Positions 1 through 11,959 of a DNA stretch of 64,000 nucleotides are shown piece by piece. The notes below the pieces were generated by a model. That model did not search any database. It was not told the origin of the DNA and worked only from the letters and a program-made list of their open reading frames with translations. Numbering within the stretch: position 1 is the first letter of the stretch; each line of letters begins with the position of its first letter. The stretch comes from Azolla caroliniana (taxonomy: Eukaryota > Plantae > Polypodiophyta): positions 11,346,001-11,410,000 of the forward strand of contig JBHGNT010000016.1 in the NCBI GenBank assembly GCA_043228905.1. The letters run 5' to 3'. The translations under genes and the position numbers were made by a program.

Positions 1-61
1 ATGATTCTTTTTCACAAACACAAGACCTCCATAGCTCAGAAACGGATGAATAAGTCATGTT

Positions 62-1039
62 TCATGCATTACACCTATTATCCTCCCCATTTGGTTTACA
101 AACCTCACAAGTGCAGACACATAATTCCCCGTGTATACCCTTAGAATCAATACAAATTACATTCACTCCTAGCCTTAACAAGTCCATCTTCACGTGGTAC
201 ACACAACAACATGTAATCCTCTCATTTGATTTTCTAACATAAAATGGTTTCAAACCTTGGAACTTGCGGAATCCAACAGTCAAGCTTGGATGTTGGTCTT
301 TAAAGTTCATGTACAATTCATCCTACATCAACTAATATATATAGCAAACATTAATATACAGTTGGTCAAAACACAAATTTATGGAATGTGAATTGATATA
401 AAAAAATGGAATACCTCTGTCATCTCCAAGAAGTGTCTAGGGTGAATCTAGTACTTACCCTAACTTATTCGTTGTCTACACACGTCCTTCTTATTTGGCG
501 AGACACACGTATTTTTGGCCCAAAATGAATCCACTTTCTCAATAATCTCTTGAGATAAGGCATCACATCATCGTCTACGTCCCAACCCTAGCCACTTGAA
601 TTGGCTTCAGTGTATATTTCGGCTATGTTTCCTCAAGTTCCTTCTTTGAATACCCAGGGCTAAGGCAACTTTAGTATCACTATATATTTTTTTCTCTCGC
701 ACCGTTCACAACCATGTGTAGGGCTGCCCTCTTTGCAACAAGTTTGTCTATGCTCTCTACACCTTTCACTAAGTCTAGGGATGACTTCGTAGAAACAATC
801 TCTTCTGAAACACATTGGTCCCTTAATTTTATTCTCTCCATGTCTTCATTCAAACGTTGATGGTGTAACACTCTACAGATAATATCCCTACGATCCTCTT
901 CACTAAATCTCTTCGTTATTTCTACCAAATAACGGACTATGTGAAGAACCACTCGTCTCTTGGTCCTTTCAGATATACATGAGTTACTTGACAACTCACT
1001 CTCATTGGGGACCCCCATTTGGTCACTAGATTTATCCAA
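62..1039 (-). pseudogene. DNA transposase remnant 1 (N-terminal part; continues off the left edge), with a probable 92-nt intron at 323-414
   Basis: FRKFQGLKPFYVRK..RITCCCVYHVKM matches remnant 2 (FESLKPHFVRL..RYTCCCIYHVKM). Removing the GT..AG intron 414-323 joins HPRHFLEMTE|DELYMNFK in frame. Contains stops. Confidence 0.7.
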
Positions 1040-1251
1040 AAAAAATTAAGTGTCCGGCGAGAGTAGTTAATGTTATATAGACTACACTAAGAAAACACAG
1101 TCAAATGTTTTTAAATGTGGCCTGCAAAGTGAGAAATAATTCGTTTCGAACATTAGAATTACGGATCAAATATGAAAATTGTAAAATCTAAAAATTTAGT
1201 ACTGAAAAATGAAGAAATGAAAAATTTTAGTCTTGAAAATAAAAAAATGGA

Positions 1252-1445
1252 TGGAAGGAACCTCCAATGGTGGCGGGAGCATTGATTCTGTGTGATATGC
1301 CGCCTCGATTTGCTGGAAGGAACCTCCAATGGTGGAGGGCGCCTTGAATCTTTGTGATATGACGCCTTGATTTAGTGGAAGGAACCTCCAATGGTGGAGG
1401 GTGCCTTGAATCTTTGTGATATGCCGCCTGGATTCGGTGGAAGCA
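1252..1445. repeat. 62-bp tandem repeat, about 3 copies
   Basis: TGGAAGGAACCTCCAATGGTGG starts at 1252, 1314 and 1376; partial copy at 1438. Confidence 0.95.
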
Positions 1446-2292
1446 TCCTCGCCTCGATGGAAAAAGCCCCAAATCACCACGACATAAACTACAATTGGTG
1501 GAAGTAAGAAAGTTGTTGTCGAAGAAATCACTATTGGTTGTTATAAGAGGCCTCAGAACAGTCTCTGTCCCTCAACCTAAACCCTAACAAAAATAGAAAC
1601 CCTAAAAAAACCAGAAATCCTCAACTCAAAAGCTCCAACCTGACATGGATGTTTGAGATTTGCTCCCTAAACCCTAACAAAACTCTTAGATTGGAGGAAA
1701 AGCAGAAACGTGACATGGATGTCTGGATGTCTAGGATAGAGGAAGAGGAGTATAAGGGGAACCACAAAATACGACGTGAGGGGAAAAAAGCCCCCAAAAT
1801 GGAAAGAACATCTCCTCACGTGTTCCCCCCACTCTTTGTAGTAAATGACACTTGTACTACAGTTACCCCACTCTCCAAAATCGATTTTTTTTTCTCTATA
1901 TTTTTTTTGAATTATTTAGTACTAACAGTATCGAAAGTACTGACAATTTTTGTGGCCAAAAACAATACTTTTTTGGTACACCGTAGCGTGCTTCCACCTG
2001 GTACCTATTGTTTTGATAGTATGCAATATGTTATAAATAACTTGTACATGAAAATGTGCTAGTGACGCATTATCTGGAATAGGTTGCTCAACATGAGCTT
2101 GAAATTGAACGGTCGCTGGATCCCTAGTGGAAAATTCCACTATAGACAGAGATCTAGGTATGAACCTAGACCTTCTAAGTGTAAACAATGTCGCCGATTA
2201 TAATTTCGACAAGCTCCAAGTAAGTTAATGATTCGTGTTTCTTGTTGTTGTATCTTCCCCATTAAGGAATAATTAATCGGTAAATTTCTCAG

Positions 2293-2675
2293 TTGCGTTG
2301 AAGGAACAATACTCTCATCAAGAACAGATAATTAGCTGCCTTCAGAAGCAACTACATTTTGTGGAGGTGATGCTAAGGAGAAAACAAGAATTGGACCTAA
2401 ACATTCTTGCTCCCTTACCAAATGATGGAGAAACAGAAAACGATATATTGACTATTCAAGCACGTTGCATTGCTTGTGGATTATGTGTAGAGGACAAATC
2501 TACTACTTTGTTGGTTCACCTACAACCATGCCAACACACATACCATATCGTTTGTTTTCAATATGCATGTCGCACTGTTGCATTCTATTTGAGAGATTGC
2601 AATACAACTCTCCCAGATGAGTGGAGAAAACTAACAGGAAAAATTGTTGCTTGTGCCCATTGTGTAGGTAATTAG
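2293..2675 (+). pseudogene. Coiled-coil plus RING-like zinc finger exon (decayed)
   Basis: CIAC...LQPCQHTYHIVC resembles the RING-H2 C-x2-C...C-x-H-x2-H-x2-C pattern, with the last pair degenerate. Flanked by splice-like signals (GTAAGT at 2220, TTCTCAG at 2292). Confidence 0.5.
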
Positions 2676-2744
2676 TTACATCTTTGCTAATTAGGTAAGT
2701 CGTATAAAGTGTGGAAACTATTTAGCTGTTATGGTTGTAGTGTA

Positions 2745-3345
2745 GTAGCTAATTAGCTAACATATAGTTAATTAGCTAAGTGGTAGCTAATTAGCTACTA
2801 CCATACTTTAGTTGAGTAGCTAATTAGCTAAGTGGCAGCCAATTAGCTACTACCATAGTTTAGTACAGTAGCTAATTAGCTAAGTGGTAGCAAATTAACT
2901 ACTATCATAGTTTAGTTGAGTAACTAATTAACTAAGTGGTAGCTAATTAGCTACTACCATAGTTTAGTATAGTAGCTAATTAGCTAAATTATAGCTAATT
3001 AGCTACTACCATAGTTTAGTACAATCGCTAATTATCTAAATGGTAGCTGATTAGCTACTACCATAGTTTAGTATAGTAGCTAGTTAGCTAAGTGGTAGCT
3101 AATTAGCTACTACCATACTTTAGCTATAGTGGCTAAATAGCTAGTACCATGCTTTAGTAGAGTAGCTCATTAGTTGCTACCATATTGACAATGAGTAGCA
3201 AATTAGCTAAGTGGTAGCTAATTAGCTAGTGCCATACCTAAGTGAAGTAGCTAATTAGCTCAGACTTGGTAGCTAATTAGCTACTGTCATAGTCTAGAAG
3301 AATAACTAGTTAGCTATGATGTAGCTGAGTAGCTGAGTAACTACC
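2745..3345. repeat. 52-bp minisatellite with palindromic core TAGCTAATTAGCTA, about 11 copies
   Basis: Unit starts at 2780, 2832, 2884, 2936 and onward; two palindromic cores per unit. Confidence 0.95.
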
Positions 3346-4007
3346 ATGTTGTTATAGAATCTTGTGGATTAAGGAGCGTGCATGAGGCGTTCGATGCTAA
3401 TGAGGCTGCACCTGACGAGGAGATAGCTGACAACGTGGCTGAAAGTAAGAGTCCTGCTATCACATCTCCTTAAAATAAACTCCACCCTATTCTTTTGGAA
3501 GATTGTACTGAATTAGGCAACTATGTGAAAAGCCATGAAATATTGGAAACAACATGTAAATCTGAGGTTCACAACAACAATGTTTTTGAACACTTGATGC
3601 AACATTTCTTCGAATCCCAAAACCTTGATTCCACCCCACCGAGCCCAACTACTGATAATGTCCAAACAGATCCCAATGTATTGGAAAAGCTAGTGCAAGA
3701 CGTGGTTGACGTGCAAGCCACTACTAAGGTGATGGAAAGGTTGTCGGGGGAGGACACACTTGTGCAATGGGTGAAAGAAGCAAGGGGCTAACCGGCTAGA
3801 AAAAGGCTGAAGAAGGGGCCACGATCGAGGACAAGACCAATTACTCGGTCAAGGGGCTCTTGAATGGGAGCGAAATACTTATTAGTGGGATATGATTGCT
3901 AGCGATTTTCCTAGGGTTTTATGAAGTTTTACTATTATCTATTTGGACAAGTAAAACCTCAGATTAGTTGTTGCTTGATCCACATTATGTAATGGAACTC
4001 TATTATG

Positions 4008-4668
4008 TGACGGGAACTCAAACGATCCCTATACGCAACACTCGGCCACAACCGAGCTTAGAATCATACACAGAAAACGGGAAATAAAGAACGACACAAT
4101 GGAAGAGAAGAGTACGTAGGATGTTTAACGTGGAAAACCCCAAACTAGGGAAAAAACCACGGCAGCCCACAGGGTGCAAACTATCACTAGGTTAGTATGT
4201 ACAGCAGTGAGTTCACGGAGGCAACGACCTCGTGCTCACGATCTTCGCCACAGGCGGCGGTTACAACAGAGGCAACAACCTCTTTCTCTCTCTCTCTCTC
4301 TGTACACTGTTACGCGCTCTGATCTCACACAAACAAGAAATAATAATAACAACAACAGTTACTAAAAGTTTGCCCTAAGTCATATTTATACTAATATGAC
4401 TTTTCAGCTATTTACAAATATAGCCTCGATGGACTCTCAAAAACATATTTACGAATATGTCTCCTCATCCGGTTCATACCGGGTCTGCACCATCCGGCTC
4501 TCCGTAGCCGGGTACTCCTCATCCGGTTCATACCGGATCTGCACCATCCGGCTCTCCGTAGCCGGGTACTCCTCATCCGGTTTCGGCCTCGGCCTATCGG
4601 GCTCGGCCGAGCTTGTTCATCAGCACTGTTCTTCTCCCTTCCCATCCGGAGGGACCTGTCTCACAACA
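4008..4668 (-). mobile_element. Solo LTR related to the adjacent Copia LTRs
   Basis: TG..CA termini; TSD TTATG at 4003-4007 and 4669-4673; reverse complement is similar to 4983-5543. Confidence 0.92.
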
Positions 4669-5576
4669 TTATGTTTATCCAAGATAATTATGTTCATGTT
4701 GTTCTATGATGGAAAATATTTCATGTTCATTATGTTGTTTTGTGAGACTGTTAGTTACTTTGTGAGAGTGGATATGTTGGTGTTTTCTGATGTTGCAAAG
4801 TCTAAAGGATTTGAATCTATTGCTCCTAAGGCCGACGACAATGTGGAAATTGTTGATGTTGCTACGTATTTGGAGGGCCACATCTTGAAAGTAGATGTAG
4901 CAACTGACACAAATGATCTGGTCACGCAAGTTGATCAAGCATGTTGCACAGATGATTTGATTTTGCAGGTAGATGCAACATGTGTTAGGAAACAGGTCCC
5001 TCCGGATGGTGAAGACTCGGTGAGAACTGGATGAAGAGTACCCGGCTACGGAGAGCTGGATGGTGCAGACCCGGTGAGAACCGGATGACGAGTACCCGGC
5101 AAGCGCCGGATGATGCAGGCCCGGTGAGGAGTGCTCACTGGATGAAGAGACATATTCATAAATATGTTTCTGAGAGTCCATCGTGGCTATATTTGTAAAT
5201 AGCCGAAAAGTCATATTAGTATAAATATGACTTAGGGCAAACTTTAGTTATATGTGTTGTTGTCATTCTTGTTTGCGCCAGATCAGAGCGCGTAACTATG
5301 TACATATATAGAGAGAGAAACGAAGAGGTTGTTACCTCGGTGCTTTACTGTTGTACACTGTAACATAGTGATAGTTTGCAGCCTGTGGGCTGCCGTGGTT
5401 TTTTCCCTAGTTTGGGTTTTCCACGTAAACATCCTGTGTACTCTTCTCTTCACTGTGTCGTGCATTCATTCCCGTTTTCTGTGTTTGATTCTTAGCTCGG
5501 TTGTGGCCGAGCGTTGTGCATAGGGAGCGTGTAGTTTTTGTCAAAGTGGTATCAGAGCGGGCAACACAGAAAAAAT

Positions 5577-8500
5577 ATGGACGATTCGTTGGGAGGCATG
5601 TTCAAGCTCACCGGCTCCAACTATTCGGTGTGGAAGTCGAAGATGAGGGACATGCTCGTGGTTAAAGATCTTTGGTTGCCGGTTCAGTTCGGGGACAAGA
5701 GGCCGGACAAAATCGACGCCACAATATGGGAGGCGATGCACATGAAGACAACGGCCTACATATGGTGTTTCATCGACATGAGCCTATACAACAACTTCAA
5801 TGAAGAGAGTAAGGCTCATGAGCTCTGGGAGAAGATCAGCATTATGTTTCAAAACAAAAATGCTGTTAATCAGGTTTCGGTATTCCGGAAGCTAGTAAGA
5901 CTCCAGTACCAAGATGGCTCCAGCATGGCGGAGCACATGAATGCCTTCCAGGGGCTGATCCACCAGGCAACATCATTGGAAGTACCTCTTGCCGATGAGG
6001 TACTAGCGCTACTCCTCCTCGGTTCCCTCCCAAATAGCTGGGAGACGTTGGTTGTCACTTTGGGCAACGCTAGGCCGGAAGGGAAACGGTTATCCCTAAC
6101 GAGAGTAAAGTCGAGCTTGCTAGATGAGGAGGCGCTTCGGAAAGATAAGGATACAAGCTCCGACCCCAAAGCGCTCCTTACCGAATCGGAACATGGAAGA
6201 CAAAGGAACCGTAGTCCCCAGAACCGGGAGAAGTCGGGGACACTTCCAGAAGAACTGTCGGCATTTCCGAAAAGACAAGGAAACAGACGGTACCGATTCG
6301 AAGCGGACACCGGACCAGAACAGTAAAGACCGGAGGGGAACGGACGAGAAGAGAACGACGGCGTTCGCGGCAAGTGAAGAAGAGTTGATGCTCATCACCG
6401 AGGAGAGTGAGATAAACCTTGTCGGTGACAAGATGACCTGGGTGGTCGACTCCGAAGCGTTGTTCCACCTTACCCTGGACCGGAAATGCTTCTCATCCTA
6501 GTCAGCCGATGATCACGGCTGTGTCCGGATGGGGAATGAAGGTACATGCCGAATTGTCGGCATAGGAGACATGTCGCTATCAACACCAACCGGATGCAAG
6601 AGGATGTTGAAGGATGTCTAACACGTTCCGGAGGTTCTTCTGAACCTGATATCAGCCGGTCAGCTAGATGATGAAGGCTACACGGGTAGCATCCGGAACG
6701 GTGTTATGAAGTTCAGCAAAGGGAGCCTGATTGTGGCTCAGGCCCGAAAGGTAAACACGTTGTACCTCATGAATGCCTGGTTATGTCCGGAGGAAGTGAA
6801 CGTGGCATCCAACACTGCCAGTGAGCTATGGCACAAAAGGTTGTGTCACATGAGCGAGAAGGGGATGAAGAGGCTTGCAGACGACAACTTCATTCCAGTG
6901 AAGAATGTGCACTTGGAGAAGTGCACTGATTGTCTGGCCGGTAAGCAAAACCGGACCTCCTTCCAACCAAGGCCACCGATGAGATGCAATGCATCACTGG
7001 AGTTGGTGCATACTGATATGTGTCAAGTGGACACGAAGTGACATGCAAGATCGCAGTACTTCGTGACGTTCATAGATGACCATAGACGGAAGTTGTGGGC
7101 CACATCGTTGAAGACGAAGGATTAGGTGCTATCCGTCTGCAAAGAGCTCCATGCGAGAGTGGAAAGAGAAACAGGCCGGAAGCTGAAGGCGGTTCGAGCA
7201 AATAACATATGTGAATACCGGGGGCAGTTCGAGGAGTACTGTCGCTCAAAGGGAATCCAGCTTGATTTTACCGTGCCGAAGACGCCGAAACTAAACGGGC
7301 TGGCCAAGAGGATGAACCAGACCATAATGAAGAGGGTCCGGAGTACGTTGGCACATGCAAAACTACCCAAGAAGTTTTGGGTTGAGGCACTGTCAACGAC
7401 GACATATGTGATAAACAAATCACCCTCAGTACCCTTGGATGGAGACACGCCGCAGAGAGTATGGACCGGTAAGGAAGTGTCCTACCGGCATCTGAAAGTG
7501 TTCGGGTGTCTCGTGTACATGCATGTTGCTAAGGACCGGAGAGGAAAGTTAGATCCAAAGACCCGGCCATGCATATTCCTCGGTTACAGCGACGATGAGT
7601 TCGGCTACCAAGTGTGGGACCTGGTCGACAAGAAGGTATTCCGGAGTTGAGATATTATCTTCATGGAGGACAATACGCTCACCGACTGGGAGTCGGAGAA
7701 GAAGATAATGACCTTCGAGTCGACCGGTAAGGATCGATTCTACGATGAGCAGACCCAACCGGCAAGAGACCGGTTAGCACTCGAGGAACCAGCCGGTTAC
7801 GGTGAGGATACCGAACCGGCAGAAGAAGAAGTAGAGGAAACTGAAACCGGAACCGGCCAAGACCCCGAATCAGATTCGGATGAAGAGCAAATGGAGGAGC
7901 CGGTTACCAAAGCCCAGAGACGGAGATATCCTCTCAGAGAGAGAAGGCCCCCCCGGAGATTTCCGGATGCAGAGCATGTGCTGCTGACCGATGGGGGGGG
8001 CTAGAAAGCTTCGAAGAAGTGAAGGATGACACCTACACCTGAAAATGGTTAAGTGCCATGCAGGATGAGATGGATTCCCTACATGAGAACCATACGTACG
8101 AATTGGTGGAGTTGCCGAAAGGAAAGCGGGCACTCCGAAACAAGTGGGTGTACAAGTTGAAACCGGGAGATGCCGGAAACCCCCCAAGATACAAAGCCAG
8201 GATCGTGGTGAAGGGGTTCCAGCAGAAGAAGGGCGTGGACTTCGACGAGATATTTGCCCCGGTAGTAAAGATGACCTCCATCCGGACGGTGCTGAGTATA
8301 GCGGCAAGCATGGACCTCGAGGAAGAGCAGCTGGACATGAAGATGGCATTCCTTCACGGTGACCTCGAAGAGGAGATCTACATGCAGCAACCGGAAGGAT
8401 TCGTGGAGAAAGGGAAGGAGCAACTGGTATGCCGGTTGAAGAAGAGCCTGTACGGACTGAAGCAGGCTCCCCGACAATGGTACCGGAAGTTCGACATGAC

Positions 8501-9434
8501 AAATCAAGGGTACCACAAGACATAGGCTGACCACTGTGTGTTCGTGAAGAAGTTCGAAGGAGGCGGCTTCCTGATACTCCTTCTGTACGTGGACGACATG
8601 TTGATCGTCGGACGGGACCAAGCCAAAATACGGATGCTGAAGAAGGCTCTCAACCGGACCTTCTCAATGAAAGACTTGGGTCCGGCACGACAGATGCTGG
8701 GGATGCATATCATCTGGAACCGGCCAACGAAGCAATTGTGGTTGTCACAGGAGAAGTACATGACAAAGGTGCTTCACCGGTTCAACATGTTGGAAGCAAA
8801 ACCGGTCGGATCGACACTCCCGACAAACTGTAGATTATCCGGTAAGCAAAGCCTGAAGATGAAAGGAAAGAAGACTGATATGATGAAGGTTCCATATGTC
8901 TCTGCCGTTGGGAGCTTGATGTACGCAATGGTGTGTACCCGACCGGATACAGGATACGCAGTCGGAGTCGTGAGCCGGTTTATGAGCAATCCCGACAAGG
9001 AGCACTGGAACGCAGTCAAATGGATACTCCGGTACTTGAAGGGCACTTCGAATATGTGTCTCCGATTTGGCTCCGGAAAACCTCAACTTTACGGTTTTAC
9101 CGATTCGGACATGTCGGCTGATGTGGATACCAGCCGATCCACATCCGGGTATGTAATGACATATGCAGGGGGAGCTGTCTCATGGCAGTCGAGGCTGCTG
9201 AAGACGGTTGCGTTGTCAACCACAGAGGCGGAGTACATGGCGGTTGCGGAATCCGGCAAGGAAATATTATGGATGAAGGACTTCATCGGAGAGCTCGGTA
9301 TGAGCCAAGATGAATATCGGCTCTACTGCGACAGTCAAAGTGCCATCCACCTTGTTAAGAATGCGGCCTACCATTCCCGGACGAAGCATATCCAGCGAAG
9401 CTATCACTGGATTCGGGAAAGAGTAGATGACTAG
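5577..9434 (+). pseudogene. Copia gag-PR-INT-RT-RH polyprotein, disrupted
   Basis: gag WKSKM; PR WVVDS; LWHKRLCH; RT KMAFLHGDL, SLYGLKQAP, LYVDDM; RH STTEAEY, RTKHI. Many stops and frameshifts; RH C-terminus deleted. Confidence 0.95.
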
Positions 9435-9526
9435 GATGCATGCCGGAAGCGGATCGGACTAGTAAGACATCCCATGCCGGAGTGAAGGTGGAGTTTGTTA
9501 GGAAACTGGTCCCTCTGGATGGTGAA

Positions 9527-9830
9527 GACCCGGTGAGAACCAGATGAAGAGTACCCGGCTACGGAGAGCCAGATGGTGTAGACCCGGTGAGAACTGGATG
9601 AAGAGTACCCGGCTACAGAGAGCTGGATGGTGCAGACCCAGTGAGAACCGGATGAAGAGTACCTGGCTACGGAGAGCCGGATGGTGCAGACCCGGTGAGA
9701 ACCGGATGACGAGTACCCGGAAACAGAAGATCCAGTGAGAACCGGATGACGAGTACCCGGCAAGCGGAAGACCCGGTGAGAACCGGATGATGAGTACTCG
9801 GCAAGCACCGGATGATGCAGGCCCGGTGAG
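9527..9830 (+). repeat. 54-bp tandem repeat in U3 of the Copia 3' LTR
   Basis: GACCCGGTGAGAACCGGATGA unit repeated about 5-6 times; only about 2 copies in the 5' LTR. Confidence 0.9.
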
Positions 9831-10131
9831 GTGTGCTCACCGGATGAAGAGACATATTCGTAAATATGTTTCTGAGAGTCCATCGTGGCTATATTTGTAA
9901 ATAGCCGAAAAGTCATATTAGTATAAATATGACTTAGGGCAAACTTTAGTTATATGTGTTGTTGTCATTCTTGTTTGTGCAAGATCAGAGCGCATAACTA
10001 TGTACATATATAGAGAGAGAAACGAAGAAGTTGTTGCCTCTGTTGTAACTGCCGCCTGTGGCGAAGATAGAAAGCTCGAGGTTGTTGCCTCGGTGCTTTA
10101 CTGTTGTACATTGTAACATAGTGATAGTTTG

Positions 10132-11185
10132 CAGCTTGTGGGCTGCCGTGGTTTTTTCCCTAATTTGGGTTTTCCACGTAAACATCCTGTGTACTCTTCT
10201 CTTCACTGTGTCGTGCATTCATTCCTGTTTTCTGTGTTTGATTCTAAGCTCGGTTGTGGCCGAGCGTTGTGCATAGGGAGCGTGTAGTTCCTGTCAACAT
10301 GTGATACCAAATGGCTGATATCGACCAGATCAGTATCTACATGCACCGAGCTAATGACTAAGTCGACAATACAAGAGCACCAGAATGTGAAGCCATGCCA
10401 AGCACAGTCGATCAGGGGTTTGAAGAGGAAAAGGACACCAATTGTGTCGACGGAACCTGAGTTGATTGAAATTGATCGTTTGCTACCAGTAATTGGTGTA
10501 ATAGAGGCTCACTTACAAGAATGGAAACCAAAACCATTAGAAGTCGAAAGAAGACCCTTGATCATGGAGCTTGATAAAGTCTTGATGAGTGTGTGATATA
10601 TGACACCAAGGAGGGACGCAAATCAAATTCTAGAGTGGGCTATGCAATACTTTGAAAACAGCTTGTGGGCTGCCGTGGTTTTTTCCCTAATTTGGGTTTT
10701 CCACGTAAACATCCTGTGTACTCTTCTCTTCACTGTGTCGTGCATTCATTCCCGTTTTCTGTGTTTGATTCTAAGCTCGGTTGTGGCCGAGCGTTGTGCA
10801 TAGGGAGCGTGTAGTTCCTATCAACATGTGATACCAAATGGCTGATATCGACCAGATCAGTATCTACATGCACCGAGCTAATGACTAAGTCGACAATACA
10901 AGAGCACCAGAATGTGAAGCCATGCCAAGCACAGTCGATCAGGGGTTTGAAGAGGAAAAGGACACCAATTGTGTCGACGGAACCTGAGTTGATTGAAATT
11001 GATTGTTTGCTACCAGTAATTGGTGTAATAGAGGCTCACTTACAAGAATGGAAACCAAAACCATTAGAAGTCGAAAGAAGACCCTTGATCATGGAGCTTG
11101 ATAAAGTCTTGATGAGTGTGTGATATATGACACCAAGGAGGGACGCAAATCAAATTCTAGAGTGGGCTATGCAATACTTTGAAAA
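10132..11185 (+). repeat. 527-bp direct tandem duplication of the LTR end plus flank
   Basis: 10132-10658 matches 10659-11185 with about 3 C/T or G/A differences. Confidence 0.95.
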
Positions 11186-11959
11186 ACCACGTACAGATGT
11201 GTGGAAGTGTGTAGAAAGATTCTTCTCGAAGTGGTGGCAACATTTCAAGGGTCAATGGACACGAGAGAAATGTGAGCAGAAGGATGTTGCAAGATTCAGA
11301 AGAATTTCTGATTTTTGGGCAACTTGGCCAGGTTATAATGCCAACAATACATTGATTCTGGATATAGAACATTTCCAGCATGACTTCAACATTCGCAGAT
11401 GTTGTCTCATTCTACCTTAGGAAATGCCTGAACACTACTTGGTGAAAACATTGAGCTGCCAACTAACTGCATGGTTGTGGACTCCATACCGAGCTCGGTA
11501 TGCATAGCATATATGTAGAGAAGTTCCACTGACGATTTGACGACATTGCCAATGAGATGTTATAAATATTTAATTTCATGACAGATTAATCAATGAAGAA
11601 TTAAATTGCTTGTTTTGAGTAACTTATCTATTGTGTAATTTTACGAGTATGTTCAGGATTGCTGATTTCATGTTAGTGCTTTTTCTTAAAATTATGCAAA
11701 CTATTTTAACTTGTACATGGTTCACTTGAGTAAATATGTATCTCAGAAAGAAGAACCCTAAACGATATTATTAAATTGGTTTTTAAGAAAGAAGAACAAA
11801 GAGAAGATTGTATATAAAAAAGATACATGATTTTATTGAGAAAGAAGCATAAAAAGTAGATTGTATATAGAAAAAAAACTCCCAAACAGGTTCATTAAAC
11901 TGTTTACTTGCAATACATGTGCTTTGTTTGTTTTACAAGAAAACTGGTAATTGCTACTT

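Larger units (their letters stand above)
4983..10296 (+). mobile_element. Full-length but decayed Ty1/Copia element (Tnt1/Tork-like)
   Basis: LTRs 4983-5543 and 9496-10296; TSD ACATG at 4978-4982 and 10297-10301; PBS TGGTATCAGAGC (tRNA-iMet) 5547-5558; PPT about 9480-9493. Confidence 0.97.
4674..11420 (+). pseudogene. FCP1/NIF (HAD-like) domain-containing reading frame split by the Copia insertion
   Basis: Removing the Copia rejoins QVDATC|DTKWLIS..MTKST in frame. Downstream LIMELDKVL, RRDANQILEWAMQYF and ISDFWATWPGYNANNTLILD follow NIF-domain motif order. Confidence 0.5.

Noticed and set aside
1575-1680. Telomeric repeat
   Set aside because: Only isolated AAACCCTA motifs (telo-box-like), not an array.
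2745-3345. CRISPR-like array (also considered for 33500-33770 and 62090-62335)
   Set aside because: Eukaryotic context, no cas genes, and the units are degenerate tandem copies without identical repeats separated by unique spacers.
4396-5034. 212-aa standalone gene
   Set aside because: A chimeric frame running from the solo LTR through the spacer into the Copia LTR.
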